Below are positions 1 to 564 of a DNA stretch of 564 bases, piece after piece. Under the pieces are notes generated by a model. It was given only the letters and a program-made list of their open reading frames with translations, searched no databases and was not told the DNA's origin. The DNA comes from a phage. The stretch lies in sequence record AF221994.1. One strand, written 5' to 3'. The first letter of the stretch is position 1. Each line of letters begins with the position of its first letter. The translations under genes were made by a program, and so were the position numbers.

Positions 1-564
1 CAGCCTATGAACAGCCCTACCGGTCAGGTATTTGCTCTCCGTGCAGTATATGGTAAAGACCCTATCGCTGCTGACGCTAAAGAAGCTTTCCATCCGATGT
101 ATGCTCCGGATGCAATGTTCTCTGGTCAGGGTGCTGCTAAGAAATTCCCAGCTCTGGCTGCTAGCACACAAACCACAGTAGGTGATATCTATACTCACTT
201 CTTCCAGGAAACTGGTACTGTATATCTGCAAGCTTCTGTTCAAGTAACAATCGATGCCGCTGCGACTGATGCTGATAAATTAGATGCCGAAGTTAAGAAA
301 CAAATGGAAGCTGGTGCACTGGTAGAAATCGCTGAAGGTATGGCTACTTCTATCGCTGAACTCCAGGAAGGTTTCAATGGTTCTACCGATAACCCATGGA
401 ATGAAATGGGCTTCCGTATCGATAAACAAGTTATCGAAGCTAAATCTCGCCAGCTGAAAGCAGCTTACTCCATCGAATTAGCACAAGACCTCCGTGTAGT
501 ACACGGTATGGATGCTGATGCTGAACTGAGCGGTATTCTTGCTACTGAAATTATGCTGGAAATC
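1..564 (+). CDS. 23: Major capsid protein gp23 of a T4-like phage (HK97-fold capsid protein); internal fragment, partial at both the 5' and 3' ends
   Basis: Frame 1 (codons starting at position 1) is open across all 188 codons. The other + frames hit stops almost at once (TGA at 8-10 in frame 2, TAA at 54-56 in frame 3), and every minus-strand frame contains stops. The translation reads QPMNSPTGQVFALRAVYGKDP...AFHPMY..PDAMFSGQGAAKKFPALAASTQTTVGDIYTHFFQETGTVYLQASVQVTID...KQMEAGALVEIAEGMATSIAELQEGFNGSTDNPWNEMGFRIDKQVIEAKSRQLKAAYSIELAQDLR.VHGMDADAELSGILATEIMLEI, which I recognise as near-identical to phage T4 gp23. This is recognition from memory, not a database search. Codon usage is typical of a highly expressed gene (12 of 13 Gly codons are GGT; Ala is mostly GCT; Arg is CGT/CGC only). 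The ATG at 7-9 is an internal Met (the VQPM motif in T4), not the start. Confidence 0.95.

Noticed and set aside
7-9. ATG near the 5' end that could be taken as a start codon
   Set aside because: The reading frame is already open from position 1, and the upstream residues (QP before M) correspond to the conserved internal VQPM motif of gp23. There is no Shine-Dalgarno sequence and no upstream room for one. It is an internal methionine.
83-235. Two HindIII sites (AAGCTT at 83-88 and 230-235) and a PvuII site (CAGCTG at 451-456)
   Set aside because: These are chance occurrences of 6-bp palindromes inside coding sequence, with no biological significance inferable from this window.
1-279. Antisense open stretch on the minus strand opposite the CDS
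   Set aside because: The codon-aligned antisense frame is stop-free only until the complements of the TTA codons at 280-282 and 478-480. The other two minus frames also contain stops (complements of + strand TTA/CTA/TCA at e.g. 24-26, 137-139, 161-163, 431-433). Stop-poor antisense stretches are an expected artefact of biased codon usage and have no start context or homology support.
271-283. AT-rich GATAAATTAG resembling a T4 late promoter (TATAAATA)
   Set aside because: It does not match the late promoter consensus (it lacks the leading TAT), sits in the middle of the coding frame, and has no downstream gene start within the window.
253-291. Low-complexity GAT/GCT/GCC-rich stretch resembling a short repeat array
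   Set aside because: It encodes an Asp/Ala-rich peptide (DAAATDADKLDAE) in frame 1. The units are not regularly spaced or flanked by spacers, so it is not a CRISPR or other repeat array.
511-522. Direct tandem repeat GATGCT GATGCT
   Set aside because: It is the in-frame codon pair repeat encoding Asp-Ala-Asp-Ala within the conserved HGMDADAELSG segment. It is a consequence of codon bias, not a repeat element or regulatory motif.

Overview
The whole 564-bp window is one internal, uninterrupted fragment of a T4-type (Tevenvirinae-like) myovirus major capsid protein gene, gene 23 (gp23), read on the + strand in frame 1. It is truncated at both ends, with no start or stop codon, and covers roughly residues 115-302 of the ~521-residue T4 precursor by my recollection, so it lies entirely within the mature protein. 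I see no RNA gene, mobile element, CRISPR array, promoter or terminator, and nothing that points to a novel or undescribed system. This is a canonical, highly conserved phage structural gene. The secondary observations are that the window matches the region used as the g23 environmental marker amplicon, that codon usage is strongly biased, and that there may be a few substitutions relative to T4 that need an alignment to confirm. GC content is about 46% by hand count.
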